This document shows, piece by piece, positions 1-10,511 of a stretch of DNA of 64,000 nt; within the stretch, counting starts at the first letter, position 1; every line of letters starts with the position of its first letter. The stretch is from assembly GCA_000965745.1 (NCBI GenBank), contig CP009479.1:800001-864000 (forward strand), read 5' to 3'. Both the position numbers and the translations under genes were made by a program. This stretch comes from an uncultured archaeon. Lineage in GTDB: Archaea; Thermoplasmatota; Thermoplasmata; Thermoplasmatales; Thermoplasmataceae. The notes under the pieces are model-generated. The model was not told the DNA's origin, did not search any database, and worked only from the letters and a program-made list of their open reading frames with translations.

Positions 1-72
1 CTGTATTCCACCGATATTGCAGAACTGGCCATGGACAACATACTGTCGAACCAGTTCGAGGTGGACGTCTAA
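1..72 (+). CDS. 3' end of a truncated CDS, possibly a PhoU-domain phosphate uptake regulator
   Basis: Frame +1 reads LYSTDIAELAMDNILSNQFEVDV* to TAA at 70-72; resembles PhoU-repeat C-termini (Y.TDIAE). Only 23 codons are visible. Confidence 0.4.
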   Translation: MYSTDIAELAMDNILSNQFEVDV

Positions 73-890
73 AGCTCCACTGGCTCAATCTCTATATTGT
101 TAACATCACCCTTCAGATATGCCGTCTTTACCTGTGAGTCATGATTGAATACACAGACGTACTGCTTTTCAATGGCCAGCTTGAACAGGCTCTTCTTCAT
201 TTCAAGGGTGTCAAGGGGAAACGTGTCAATTGCTGTTATGTATGGCAGTTTAAGGTTGAAGGTGCTTGGGACGATATCGCCAAAATAAATCAGGCCTTTT
301 CCGCCATTTTCATAGATTATAGCCTGGTGGCCGGAAGTATGCCCGCCAGTCTTGACAACCCTGAGGCCATCTCTTATTCTAACTGATCCCGATATTTCCG
401 ACATGTTGAATCTTCCATCGAGGCTGACGTTGCTCAGGTAGCTTCCGCGAGTTACTTCGTTAGTATTCCTGAAGTTATGGTACTCATCCTTCTGGGCCAC
501 TCTAACGGCGTTCGGGAACGATACTCTCCCGTCGGCGGTTTCAAAGGAGTGCCCCATATGGTCAAAGTGAAGGTGCGAATGGACGATATAGTCAACATTT
601 TCCTGGCCTATGCTGTTTTCCACCTGCCTCATCAGATCCGTTTCCTTTTCGATCTCGTAAATCTTTTTCATGCGTTCATCAGGCCTGGAGCCGACTCCTG
701 TATCTATGAGTGCAGACCATCCATGAGCTTTTATGAGTGGTATGTTAAGTGCCATCCTGACCCTGTTGTTCTCATTCTCTTTAACAACTCTGGACCATAT
801 CTTCCTGGGGACAACACCGAAACACGCACCCACTTCAAGCGTGAACGAGCCGTCGGCAAGAAGCTCAATTTCAGTACTTCCAAATTTCAT
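69..890 (-). CDS. MBL-fold metallo-hydrolase (YtnP/lactonase-like)
   Basis: LIDTG, HSHLHFDHMG (HxHxDH), GHTSGH, GD and HD motifs. Confidence 0.85.
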   Translation of the reverse strand: MKFGSTEIELLADGSFTLEVGACFGVVPRKIWSRVVKENENNRVRMALNIPLIKAHGWSALIDTGVGSRPDERMKKIYEIEKETDLMRQVENSIGQENVDYIVHSHLHFDHMGHSFETADGRVSFPNAVRVAQKDEYHNFRNTNEVTRGSYLSNVSLDGRFNMSEISGSVRIRDGLRVVKTGGHTSGHQAIIYENGGKGLIYFGDIVPSTFNLKLPYITAIDTFPLDTLEMKKSLFKLAIEKQYVCVFNHDSQVKTAYLKGDVNNIEIEPVEL

Positions 891-906
891 TCAAGTTTCA
901 CCATAC

Positions 907-2787
907 TCAAGCTGAAAGTTTCAGCCCTATCTCCCTGATATGCTCAAGGGCACCTGCATCCTCAATCGTACTAGTGTCTCCAGGGTCAAGGTTGAGAAAA
1001 ACATTTCTTATGACCCGTCTGAGAATCTTGCCGTTTTTAGTCTTCGGAAGGGAATCAAGGTATACTATGTATTTAGGTGAGAACGACTTTCCAAGGTCCG
1101 ATTTTATCTGGTCCCTCACTTTCTTTTGCACATCATCTGATGATTTACCCGTGTAGAATATCACAACTGCTTCACCTTTCAGCTTGTCGGGAACACCTGC
1201 TGCTGCACATTCTGTTACTTCCCTGACTTTCAGGGCTGAATCCTCAATCTCATTTGGCCCCACTCTCTTTCCTGCAACTTTTATCACTTCATCCGCACGT
1301 CCGTAAAGGAAGAAGTAGCCTTCCCGGTCCATCTCTGCCCAGTCACCCTGGAACCATGCATCCTCATATTTTCCCCAGTATGTTTCAAGATATCTCTCCT
1401 TCTGCTTCCATATGCCCCTTGTCATTGAGGGGCAGTGTTTTCTAGCAACAAGATACCCAACACTTCCGTAAACATCGTTTCCGTCCTCGTCGTACACTGA
1501 TACATTCATTCCCAGGCCTCTGTAGAGGCATCTTGGCTTGAGTGGGATTGCAGCGGTCGAAGCCAGGAAACAGCCAATTATGTCAGTCCCGCCGGATATG
1601 TTGGCTATAGGGGTACTCCCCCTTCCAATCTTCTCGAAGAGCCACAGCCAACTTTCCTCATCCCATGGCTCGCCAGTGGAGGCGAAAAGCCTGACACCAT
1701 CCATCGGCCTGTCGATTCCGTTGAATTTGGCGAGCCTTACAAAGGTTGGAGAGAGGCCAAGGAGCGTAATTCCGTTGTCTGCAACAATATCCCATACCCT
1801 GTCCTCATCAGGGTAATTGGCGGCCCCGTCATACACAAACACAGTAGCCCCGAGGGCATGCGTCCCGATTATTGACCATGGCCCCATCATCCAGCCCAGG
1901 TCTGTAATCCAGTAAAGCGTATCTCCAGGCTTCACGTCCATGTAATACTTCACCTCTTTTGCTGTGTTTACAAGGGCTCCCCCGTGAACGTGAACCGTTC
2001 CTTTGGGCTTTCCCGTGGTGCCGGAAGTATAAAGCATTATTGCAGGGTCCTCTGATCCGGTGTACTCACTTTTCGCATATTCTCCGTTTTCGACAAGAGC
2101 ATAGAAATCATGCTCGTTATCTCGCAGCTCACTGCTGTTGTGTACTATAAGCGTAACGTCATTGATGGTTCTTGCAGTCTCGATCATGCGAACTGGCCTC
2201 CCTTTCCTGCTGTAGGATTCCGTTATGAAGAGTGTCTTTATGCCTCCGTCCCTGACCCTGCTTCTTACGGCTTCTGCGCCGTATCCGGAAAACATGGGTA
2301 CAGCCACGGCCCCGATTCGCATTATGGAATAGAAGGCTAGGACGCACTCAGGGTTAAGCGGCATGTAGATCCCTACACGGTCCCCTTTGCCGACTCCGAT
2401 TTCTTTCAATGATCCTGCAAGCTTTCCGGTCATCCTGTCCATTTCGCGATAGCTTATGGAGGATTTTTTGCCACTTTCAGACTCATATTTTATTGCGGGC
2501 TTGTCAAGGTCTGAAAACCGTTCAACGCAGTTGTAGGTTATATTTATCTTTCCACCGGTGAACCACCTGGTGAACTGCACCCCCTCACTGGAGTCCATGA
2601 CTTTCTCATAGTCTTTGAAGAAATCAAGCCCACAGTCCTCAATCACAGAAGGCCAGAACCACTCAGGCTCATCGTCCGCCTTCCTGTAAAGCTCCTTGAG
2701 ATCTCTTACTCCGTGTTTCAAGGCGAACTGCATGATGTTTGTTTCTCTTACCTGATCGGGTGAGGGTGTGTAGACATAATCTTCCAT
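907..2787 (-). CDS. acs: AMP-forming acetyl/acyl-CoA synthetase
   Basis: YTSGTTGKPKG P-loop, GRADEVIKVAGKR, LPKTKNGKILRR. Confidence 0.85.
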   Translation of the reverse strand: MEDYVYTPSPDQVRETNIMQFALKHGVRDLKELYRKADDEPEWFWPSVIEDCGLDFFKDYEKVMDSSEGVQFTRWFTGGKINITYNCVERFSDLDKPAIKYESESGKKSSISYREMDRMTGKLAGSLKEIGVGKGDRVGIYMPLNPECVLAFYSIMRIGAVAVPMFSGYGAEAVRSRVRDGGIKTLFITESYSRKGRPVRMIETARTINDVTLIVHNSSELRDNEHDFYALVENGEYAKSEYTGSEDPAIMLYTSGTTGKPKGTVHVHGGALVNTAKEVKYYMDVKPGDTLYWITDLGWMMGPWSIIGTHALGATVFVYDGAANYPDEDRVWDIVADNGITLLGLSPTFVRLAKFNGIDRPMDGVRLFASTGEPWDEESWLWLFEKIGRGSTPIANISGGTDIIGCFLASTAAIPLKPRCLYRGLGMNVSVYDEDGNDVYGSVGYLVARKHCPSMTRGIWKQKERYLETYWGKYEDAWFQGDWAEMDREGYFFLYGRADEVIKVAGKRVGPNEIEDSALKVREVTECAAAGVPDKLKGEAVVIFYTGKSSDDVQKKVRDQIKSDLGKSFSPKYIVYLDSLPKTKNGKILRRVIRNVFLNLDPGDTSTIEDAGALEHIREIGLKLSA

Positions 2788-2940
2788 ATGAATGGAGAAC
2801 GGAAAAAGGAATCATATACCTTTTGCATCAGCCTAATGGCATAAGGTCTGCTGAAAGGAGAAGCTGCACGGAATCAGGATTCCCACCATCTCCGGGACAA
2901 ATAATTTTATTACCTGTATTTCGGCTAACCGAAGAGTATC

Positions 2941-5900
2941 ATGAATGGAAGGAAGGTTCTCATACTCATTTCCACCGTGGTTGTCCTCATGACTGTGGCG
3001 CAGTCTTTTGCTGTCATAGATCACCACACTGCAACCCCTAATGTCGTGGCATCTCCTTCTTACAACGGAGGAAATTCATCGAATTCATTTTACGGCTCTG
3101 CAGTATCAAATAACAGCATAACCACCAGGGGCGGGTACGGCGGCTTTTATCTGTCAAACGGATCAAAGGTTCCGTCTAAGTACATCTACCTCCCTAACAT
3201 GCACCCATCACTGGAAAACAAGAACGGTGCGTTAATCCCGTCTTACAGCTCTTCCCCCGCACCAATGGGCATAGGGGATTACGGAGTGTACAACAATTCA
3301 AGTAAACTGGTAAGCTACAGCTATTATACCAGCAGTTTTGAAGGCTCCATCTCTGTCACTAACATGACACCGCTATACGTTCTCAACGATGCGCCACAGA
3401 GCCTTGGGATCCAGTTGAATGCAATCCTGAACAATGTAACTGTAGGTTCGGCCTCAAACAACGCATACTGGACGCAGAATGTGATGCTCTACTCTGCAAG
3501 GACGCACCAGATACAGTTCATTGACAACATATGGAATTTCTCCAGCCCGGGCGCCGGCATGACCAATTCTACACTCTCTGGCCATGGAAGCAGGGGGACA
3601 CTGGTACCAAACTCATTGTATTATGCCATTGGTCCGGCGATCAATGTCACGTACCCTTTCAAGGTGAACCTTTACCTCAATTCCACACTATCAGGCGGCT
3701 CTGATGAAATATTCTTCAATTATTCTGTATCTTCACAGGCACAGGGCGGAAAGACTGTAACAGGTTCTTATGACAACGCCACATTCAACTCAACCACCAG
3801 TGCGGCAAATCCTGCTTATTACTATATCAGCGGAAACCAGTACGCACCTATCGGAGGCATCCCATACGACGCTGAGTTTGTCATAGGCGGCCCTGGAGGA
3901 GGAAGCACAACCTCTCTCTACGGGATGAATGCCACAATGGGCCTCAGATACCTTTCCCAATCTACCGGTTCATACCAGAACGTCAAATCAGCATATGATG
4001 CAGGCTCATCCACAGGGGAAACGTCCAACGGCATAGCAGTATCATGGAACAGCAAGGACCAGGCAGTCCTGACTCCGGGACCGTCTATAGTTTATGGAAT
4101 GTGGGGGATATCAAACTCCAAGATGAACAGGTTCTCTGGAAAGATCAGCCCGTCTGAATCATTCCTGTTCGTAAGCAACAGCTTGAGCTTCAACAACACC
4201 ACTTCTTCATGGGCTCCTTTGGCAAGGAACGGTTCATACTCATTTTCCCTGCCTGTAGGGCCATATTCTGCCGGAGTCTTTTCAAACTGGAACAACCCGG
4301 TCTATGAATCTCTCTCAAATATTGCGGGTCAAACTGTCACTTTGCATTCCAATTCATCAATGGGGGTATACGCTCCAATATACATTTTCGGGAATAGGCA
4401 GTTATCTGATGTTTCAAGTGCCGGATCCGGCACCGCAGGCAGCCCGTACATTGTCACAGGCAGCCAGAACGGTTCCATGATGCCGGTATTCGGCAAATTC
4501 AATGACTATGCGTTTCCTGTGTTTTCCGGGCTGCTTGTGTCCGGAACCAGTGCACATGCATATTTCAGCAGCCTCCCCTCCTTCTATATTTATTATTCCC
4601 AGGACTTGCAGGCGTTTCTGAATTATTACGGCCTCCCATCCGTAAACTATCTCAACATGGAGTTCTATAACGACAGCAATGTTGCCATACTGAACAGCAG
4701 TTTCATCTCCGGATGGTTCTCGACCAATCTCGCGGGATTCTTCCCGGCAGCCAACCTGCTCCTCTGGAACGTTACAAACTCAATCATAGCTTCGAATTAC
4801 TTCTCCTCAATGGATTCCTCTCTCCTCATTTACAACCATAACAGCACAAATTCCAACGTTACTGTCTGGGGCAATTATTTCAAGCAGGACAGTCTAGCCA
4901 GTTCTTCCTTATATTATAGCATAAACGTCATGGGCGCACCTTCCGGCCTTGCACTGTTCTCCTCGGGGGATCTTGTATACAACAACGTATTCGACGTGTA
5001 TTTCACCGCCATCAGCCCCGGAATAAGCATATATTCAGGATCCAGCGTTAATTACACGGATATGTGGAATATTTCAAGAGAGCCGACCACCTATTACAGG
5101 GAAGTTCTTGGGCTGAACCTCACCGGGGGAATTATGTCGTCCGGACCGAACGGGATTGAATACCAGGCAGGGAACTACTGGTGGAATTATATCGGAAATG
5201 GCTCTATAGTGTACAACAACAGCGGTCTGATTCACAAGGGCGGGGACATGCAACCGCTCATTTATCATGTGTACAGAATAACATTCAGTGAGACTGGCCT
5301 GCCCTCAGGAATGAGCTGGCTTCTTTACATTGGAACCAGCCCGGTTGTTATTCGCGGAAATGGAAGCTCAATCAGTTTCTATGAACCCAATGGGACATAC
5401 TTCATCCAGATATATGCAAATGGTTACCTCGCAAACCAGTCCTCAGGCTTCGTGATAGTTTCCGGGAAGGGCCAGTCTTTCAATCTGGTGTTCAGGCAGC
5501 TGTTCCTCCTCACGTTCATTGAAACCGGCCTTTCGCAGGAGGGAACTGCGTGGTCTATTACAGTCAACGGTGTAACAGGATATTCCACCACCAATACCGT
5601 CGAATATCTCGCCACAAACGGTTCGTATCGTTATAATGTCAGCAGTGTGGGCAGTTATTATCCCGAACAGGTCTCAGGAACCTTCACCATATACGGCGCA
5701 AACACTACTGTCAACGTCAGGTACCTTCCCTTCACATATCCGGTAACGTTCCGTGAGACGGGCCTTGCAGCAGGAACCGAATGGGGGATTTTCTCCGACG
5801 GGCAGAAGTCCATCGTCAGATCCCAGTCAATATCCCTGAACCTTCCAAATGGAACATACAGCTATTCCGTCATAGGGGCCAAGGGGTACCTGCCGGACAA

Positions 5901-6291
5901 CCCTTACGGCACGGTTCAGGTGGACAATGGCAGCAGCATGGTTTCCCTGATATTCAGGTCGGCCAACTACACTCTTACATTCACACAGAGTGGCCTTCCA
6001 TCAGGTGCGGCATGGTCAGTGACTGTGGGCGGAACAAAACTAACTTCCACAAACAGGTCTGCATCCATCCAGGAATCCACGGGGATCTACAACTACAGCA
6101 TAACTGGGCCTTCCGGTTATGTAGCTTCTCAGGGGGCAGGCTCGGTTGACGTGAACGCAAACATAAGCGTTCCGGTGAATTTCAAGAGTGCAGGCCCAAT
6201 AAGCCTGCTCCATGTATTTGATTACGCCCTCTTCGGAGTTTCCATTGCTGTGCTGGCCTATGCAGTATACACGGTAAGGAAGAGAAGTTGA
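2941..6291 (+). CDS. Thermopsin-family (peptidase A5) cell-surface protein with C-terminal repeats and membrane anchor
   Basis: Signal peptide; PAPMGIGDYG, IQLNAIL, YWTQNV, DNIWNFS, DAEFVIGGPGGG, TGET motifs; four F.(E/Q)(T/S)GL..G..W repeats; C-terminal TM with KR tail. Confidence 0.85.
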   Translation: MNGRKVLILISTVVVLMTVAQSFAVIDHHTATPNVVASPSYNGGNSSNSFYGSAVSNNSITTRGGYGGFYLSNGSKVPSKYIYLPNMHPSLENKNGALIPSYSSSPAPMGIGDYGVYNNSSKLVSYSYYTSSFEGSISVTNMTPLYVLNDAPQSLGIQLNAILNNVTVGSASNNAYWTQNVMLYSARTHQIQFIDNIWNFSSPGAGMTNSTLSGHGSRGTLVPNSLYYAIGPAINVTYPFKVNLYLNSTLSGGSDEIFFNYSVSSQAQGGKTVTGSYDNATFNSTTSAANPAYYYISGNQYAPIGGIPYDAEFVIGGPGGGSTTSLYGMNATMGLRYLSQSTGSYQNVKSAYDAGSSTGETSNGIAVSWNSKDQAVLTPGPSIVYGMWGISNSKMNRFSGKISPSESFLFVSNSLSFNNTTSSWAPLARNGSYSFSLPVGPYSAGVFSNWNNPVYESLSNIAGQTVTLHSNSSMGVYAPIYIFGNRQLSDVSSAGSGTAGSPYIVTGSQNGSMMPVFGKFNDYAFPVFSGLLVSGTSAHAYFSSLPSFYIYYSQDLQAFLNYYGLPSVNYLNMEFYNDSNVAILNSSFISGWFSTNLAGFFPAANLLLWNVTNSIIASNYFSSMDSSLLIYNHNSTNSNVTVWGNYFKQDSLASSSLYYSINVMGAPSGLALFSSGDLVYNNVFDVYFTAISPGISIYSGSSVNYTDMWNISREPTTYYREVLGLNLTGGIMSSGPNGIEYQAGNYWWNYIGNGSIVYNNSGLIHKGGDMQPLIYHVYRITFSETGLPSGMSWLLYIGTSPVVIRGNGSSISFYEPNGTYFIQIYANGYLANQSSGFVIVSGKGQSFNLVFRQLFLLTFIETGLSQEGTAWSITVNGVTGYSTTNTVEYLATNGSYRYNVSSVGSYYPEQVSGTFTIYGANTTVNVRYLPFTYPVTFRETGLAAGTEWGIFSDGQKSIVRSQSISLNLPNGTYSYSVIGAKGYLPDNPYGTVQVDNGSSMVSLIFRSANYTLTFTQSGLPSGAAWSVTVGGTKLTSTNRSASIQESTGIYNYSITGPSGYVASQGAGSVDVNANISVPVNFKSAGPISLLHVFDYALFGVSIAVLAYAVYTVRKRS

Positions 6292-6380
6292 GTGTGGGGA
6301 ACCCGAACTCACTTTTTCAGGATGCAGCATGGAAACACGGGAAAATTAAATAACTAACAGCTTATGAAAGTTGGAGCAAC

Positions 6381-6896
6381 TTGAACGGAAGCATTTACGA
6401 AAGAGAACTTGCCGGTATCCTTTCAGGATCTCCAAAGGTGCTGGAAAAGCTAGCCAAGAAAGTTGATGCCCCCTCCAAGGCAGCTGTTGAAACTCTGCTG
6501 GAACGGCCATTTTATGTCACAAGGGCAGCGGGGTCGCTAGGTGCTGATATAATTGCCATCAGGCACGATTATTCAATGGTTATTGAGGTAAAATCCTCAA
6601 TTAATTCAACTATCACTTTCACAGAGGCTTCAGGAATGCGTCAGGAACAGGCTGAAAGGCTCCAGGAGAAGTGCCTGAAATCAGGCCTGTTCATCATATA
6701 CGCATTCAGGTTGAAAAACGCTCCCGGTGACCCATGGAGGATGTTTTCACTTCCGGGCGACCCCAAGGGAAGAATGAGGTTCCTTTACAACATACTTTCA
6801 GATATCGGGCTGTCCAGGAATGGGAACTACGTTCTCAAATGGGGAGACGGAACTCCTCTTTCAAAATTGGTTGATTATCTTAACCAGACAATCTAG
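6381..6896 (+). CDS. hjc: Holliday junction resolvase, Hjc-like
   Basis: G..YERE, RAAGS, ADIIA, IEVKSS (PD-(D/E)xK); TTG start. Confidence 0.75.
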   Translation: MNGSIYERELAGILSGSPKVLEKLAKKVDAPSKAAVETLLERPFYVTRAAGSLGADIIAIRHDYSMVIEVKSSINSTITFTEASGMRQEQAERLQEKCLKSGLFIIYAFRLKNAPGDPWRMFSLPGDPKGRMRFLYNILSDIGLSRNGNYVLKWGDGTPLSKLVDYLNQTI

Positions 6897-7126
6897 GTTT
6901 TTTCGATCAATGGAATTGGCAATCTACAAGAAGGGGTAAATGTGGTGTTTCCCTCGCAGTTGCTTCCCAGGCAAGCATTTATCTGAGGATCAACCCCGTA
7001 GCGCACATGAGAAAATACGAGCTTCTTTCACTTCGGATGCTTCAGAACCGGTGTATCCACTATGGCAAAATGACCAAATTTAAAGCCACCGTCAGGACAA
7101 ACTGCGGACAAAAAGAAAAAAAATGT

Positions 7127-8500
7127 TTAGAGGGAAGCCTTGATGGCTTTATCAAGTGCTTCTACTCCCATGTCTACCTGCTCCTCTGTAATAATGAGGG
7201 GCGGAATGAACCTTATTGCGCTAAGGCCAGTCGGAAGAACTATCATCCCATGCTCGAACGTGCTCTTTTCAACCTTATCCCTTAGTTTCGCATCGGGCTC
7301 CCTGGTATTCCTGTCCTTGACGAAATCGATTGCCTGCATTAGCCCAAGACCTCTGACATCTCCTATGGCGTCATACTTCTCCTGGAGCTCATGGAGCCTC
7401 TTGTTCAGGTGGTTGCCCTGCTTTGTGGAGTTCTCAAGGATGTGGTCCTTCTTCATCACTTCTATGGTTGCCACTGCCGAGGCTGAAGCAAGAAGGTTTC
7501 CTCCGAAGGTGTTGGAATGCCTTCCCTGTTCCGGGAAATCAAGCTTGGAATCCATAACTACCGCACCCATGGGCACACCGTTTGAGATTGCCTTTGCAAG
7601 GGTTATTATCTGAGGCTCTACACCGAAGTGCTCTGAAGCAAAGAATTTTCCAGTTCTCCCGAAACCGCTCTGGACCTCATCCATTACTACAAGCATTTCA
7701 TTCTCGTCTGCGAGCTGCCTCAATCTCTTGTGGAACGATTTGGGCGGAACTATGTATCCACCTTCGCCCTGTATGGGCTCTATGAAGAACGCAGCTGCAT
7801 TTTCCCTTGGAATATAGGTTTTCAGGACGTACCTGTCTATGAACTCAATGGTTCTGTTCACAAGCTCTTCCGGCTCTTCATAGCCGTCGATTCCAAACGG
7901 GTTCCTGAAAGGGTTGGGGTAAGGAACATGCTCAACACCGGGCATAGTCGGGAAGAATCCCTTCCTCTGCACCGGCTTAGAGGCTGTCAGGGAGAGGGCA
8001 CCGAGAGTCCTTCCATGAAATGCTCCAATGAATCCTATAAACTGCTGCTTCTTGGTGCTTGCTTTTGATATCTTTATGGCAGCCTCAATGCTTTCTGCCC
8101 CGCTGTTGGTGAAGAATGTCTTCTTGCTGAATTTCCCGGGAGTGACCTCAGCAAGTGCCTTGGCAGCATCCACCTGCTCTTTGTAGTAGAAATCTGTGCC
8201 TGCAAAATGCCAGAGCTTGTGGAGTTGTTCCTCAACCTTCTTGGCTACGTATGGATGCACATGACCAAGATTCGTCACTCCTATTCCACTGGCGAAATCG
8301 ATGAAAACGTTTCCGTCAACGTCTTCAATAAATACTCCCTGTCCTCGCTTGGCTACAATATTCATTGATTTGGTGCTTGTGGCAAGAAATTTAGTGTCTT
8401 CCTCAATAACCTTCTTGGCCTCCGGCCCTGGCAGTGATGTTTTAATCTCAATCTTTTCAAGCTTCTTCATGCCCTGGTTTAATTTCTCATCTGACATCAT
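7127..8500 (-). CDS. Class III PLP aminotransferase (4-aminobutyrate/acetylornithine-like)
   Basis: NSGAES, FHGRT, EPIQGEGG, DEVQSGFGRTG, AKAI, TFGGN; start refined to ATG 8500 (track ORF extends to 8671). Confidence 0.9.
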   Translation of the reverse strand: MMSDEKLNQGMKKLEKIEIKTSLPGPEAKKVIEEDTKFLATSTKSMNIVAKRGQGVFIEDVDGNVFIDFASGIGVTNLGHVHPYVAKKVEEQLHKLWHFAGTDFYYKEQVDAAKALAEVTPGKFSKKTFFTNSGAESIEAAIKISKASTKKQQFIGFIGAFHGRTLGALSLTASKPVQRKGFFPTMPGVEHVPYPNPFRNPFGIDGYEEPEELVNRTIEFIDRYVLKTYIPRENAAAFFIEPIQGEGGYIVPPKSFHKRLRQLADENEMLVVMDEVQSGFGRTGKFFASEHFGVEPQIITLAKAISNGVPMGAVVMDSKLDFPEQGRHSNTFGGNLLASASAVATIEVMKKDHILENSTKQGNHLNKRLHELQEKYDAIGDVRGLGLMQAIDFVKDRNTREPDAKLRDKVEKSTFEHGMIVLPTGLSAIRFIPPLIITEEQVDMGVEALDKAIKASL

Positions 8501-8680
8501 AAAACCACTGTAGATCATTTTGCGTAATAATATATATTTTATCAGATGAAAAACGAAAGGTATTTGCGATATTCGGATAGAGCACCTTATCACGTATTTT
8601 GAAATGTTTTTACCCTGATGCAATTCTGACCACAAATTCACTTTAACTAATTTTATTAGACTGAGCAACATTACGTTTCA

Positions 8681-9667
8681 ATGCCTGCAAACGTCAGCAT
8701 TCCCGCCCAGAAGGAGTTTTACAGGGACGAGATCACTGATCGGGAGTTTTACAGGAGACTGGCGAAGCAGGTAGACGATGAGAGTTTCAGAGACAATCTT
8801 GTAAAGCTTTCGGACGTGGAAGATAGGCACTCAGGATTCTGGAGAAAAAATCTCGAGAAAGCGGGCGTGGACGTCTCCAGAATAAAGTACAAGAAAGCCA
8901 GAGTTCTTTGGCTTCTTTTTCTGTCAAGGCTGATTGGCACATATCTTACAGTCAGGCTTCTTGAGCACGGGGAGATTAACACTGTAAAGGAGTATAGTGA
9001 ATTCATCAAGACCTCCAAGGGCACACCTGAATTCAGGGAGGACCTCCAGAAGATAATAAAGGAAGAGATAGAGCATGAAGAAGTCTTTGAGAACCAGATG
9101 GAGAAGAGCCAGGAACAGATTGAGAAGAACAGGGACATAATTTACGGTGTGAGCGACGGCCTTGTTGAAGTCCTTGGCGCTGTAGCAGGACTTGCCGCGA
9201 TCATAACAAATCACATTTATATAGCTCTTGGAGGCATACTGGTCGGGCTCAGCGGTACAATAAGCATGAGCCTTGGCGCGTATCTTGCCAAGAACTCGGA
9301 AACCGAGTTCAGGATTAACGAGGAGAGGAAAAGGGAACTGCTTGGCTTCGAGTCTGATGAGGAGAGGATAGAGAAGTACTCTAAGCAGTCGAAGAAATCC
9401 GCTGCCAGCGTTGGAGGGTCATATATAATCGGGGCGGTAGTCCCCATCCTGCCGTTTGTATTCTTCCCGCCGATCACAGGGCTAATCATATCCGTCGTTC
9501 TTGTGGCAATAAGCCAGGCCATCACCAACGCACTTGTCGCACTTTCCATGAATATAGGGATTCTCAGGAGCTCTCTTAAGGCATCTCTCCTGTCGCTTTC
9601 TGCTGCAGCCGCGGTGTTTGCGCTTGGAGAGCTCTTCCACATTGTGTTTGGCATAACTCTGCTGTGA
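8681..9667 (+). CDS. Rubrerythrin/ferritin-like domain fused to a VIT1/CCC1 transporter (MbfA-like iron exporter)
   Basis: N-terminal ExxH pairs (EDRH, EIEH); YGVSDGLVE and GTISMSLGAYL VIT1 motifs. Confidence 0.85.
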   Translation: MPANVSIPAQKEFYRDEITDREFYRRLAKQVDDESFRDNLVKLSDVEDRHSGFWRKNLEKAGVDVSRIKYKKARVLWLLFLSRLIGTYLTVRLLEHGEINTVKEYSEFIKTSKGTPEFREDLQKIIKEEIEHEEVFENQMEKSQEQIEKNRDIIYGVSDGLVEVLGAVAGLAAIITNHIYIALGGILVGLSGTISMSLGAYLAKNSETEFRINEERKRELLGFESDEERIEKYSKQSKKSAASVGGSYIIGAVVPILPFVFFPPITGLIISVVLVAISQAITNALVALSMNIGILRSSLKASLLSLSAAAAVFALGELFHIVFGITLL

Positions 9668-9731
9668 TCTCTTCGATCCATGCTGCCAGGCTGGAGCCAA
9701 TATATTTAATAAAGTGGCTCATAGCAACTCA

Positions 9732-10511
9732 ATGGAGGCATCGATCAGCGTCCGGGGCCTGTACAAGAAATACGTGGATAATTATGCGCTGAACGACCTA
9801 AATCTTGATGTGGAGCCGGGAAAGATCTTCGGGGTACTCGGCCCAAACGGTTCCGGGAAAACGACACTTCTCAAGATCATATCTGCACTGCTTGAAAGGA
9901 CTTCAGGGAGCGTAAGTGTCAGGGGACTTGACCCGTCAAAGCATAAGGATCAGGTCAAGAAGCTTGTCGGCTATGTTCCCGAGGTCCCAACCATGTATGA
10001 GTCACTATCACCCGGTGAATTCTTCTCTTTTGTGGCAACTGTTCGCAATATCGAGGAATCCCTCGTGGAAGAAAGAATAAACAGCATGGTCAGAGCACTT
10101 GGAATTTCGGACTCCATTGACAGCTTCATAGGATCCCTCTCATTCGGCACGAGGCAGAAGGTTGCCATAATTGCGTCACTGCTGCACGATCCCGAAATCA
10201 TAGTGATGGACGAAGGGATGAACGGTCTCGATCCACGGTCTGCCAAAATACTGAAGGAACTTATGAGAAGCTTTGCAGAGAGGGGCAAGACCGTGATTTT
10301 CTCAACACATATAATGGACGTTGCTGAAAGTGTCTGCGACACAGTTGCGATATTGTACAAGGGAAGGATAGTGAGCACCGGGACCATGGATAAACTCAAG
10401 GAGAGATCAGGAAAGAGCAGTTCAAATCTTGAGGAAATTTTCCTTAAGCTGACAGGAAACGAAGATCTTGATCCGCTTATTCACTCTCTTAAGGAATCGT
10501 TCAGGTCATGA
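9732..10511 (+). CDS. ABC-2 type transporter ATP-binding protein
   Basis: Walker A GPNGSGKT, signature LSFGTRQ, Walker B IIVMDE, H-loop STH. Confidence 0.9.
   Translation: MEASISVRGLYKKYVDNYALNDLNLDVEPGKIFGVLGPNGSGKTTLLKIISALLERTSGSVSVRGLDPSKHKDQVKKLVGYVPEVPTMYESLSPGEFFSFVATVRNIEESLVEERINSMVRALGISDSIDSFIGSLSFGTRQKVAIIASLLHDPEIIVMDEGMNGLDPRSAKILKELMRSFAERGKTVIFSTHIMDVAESVCDTVAILYKGRIVSTGTMDKLKERSGKSSSNLEEIFLKLTGNEDLDPLIHSLKESFRS

Noticed and set aside
8634-8654. DtxR/IdeR iron box upstream of the VIT1 fusion
   Set aside because: Only one half-site resembles the consensus, in AT-rich promoter DNA.
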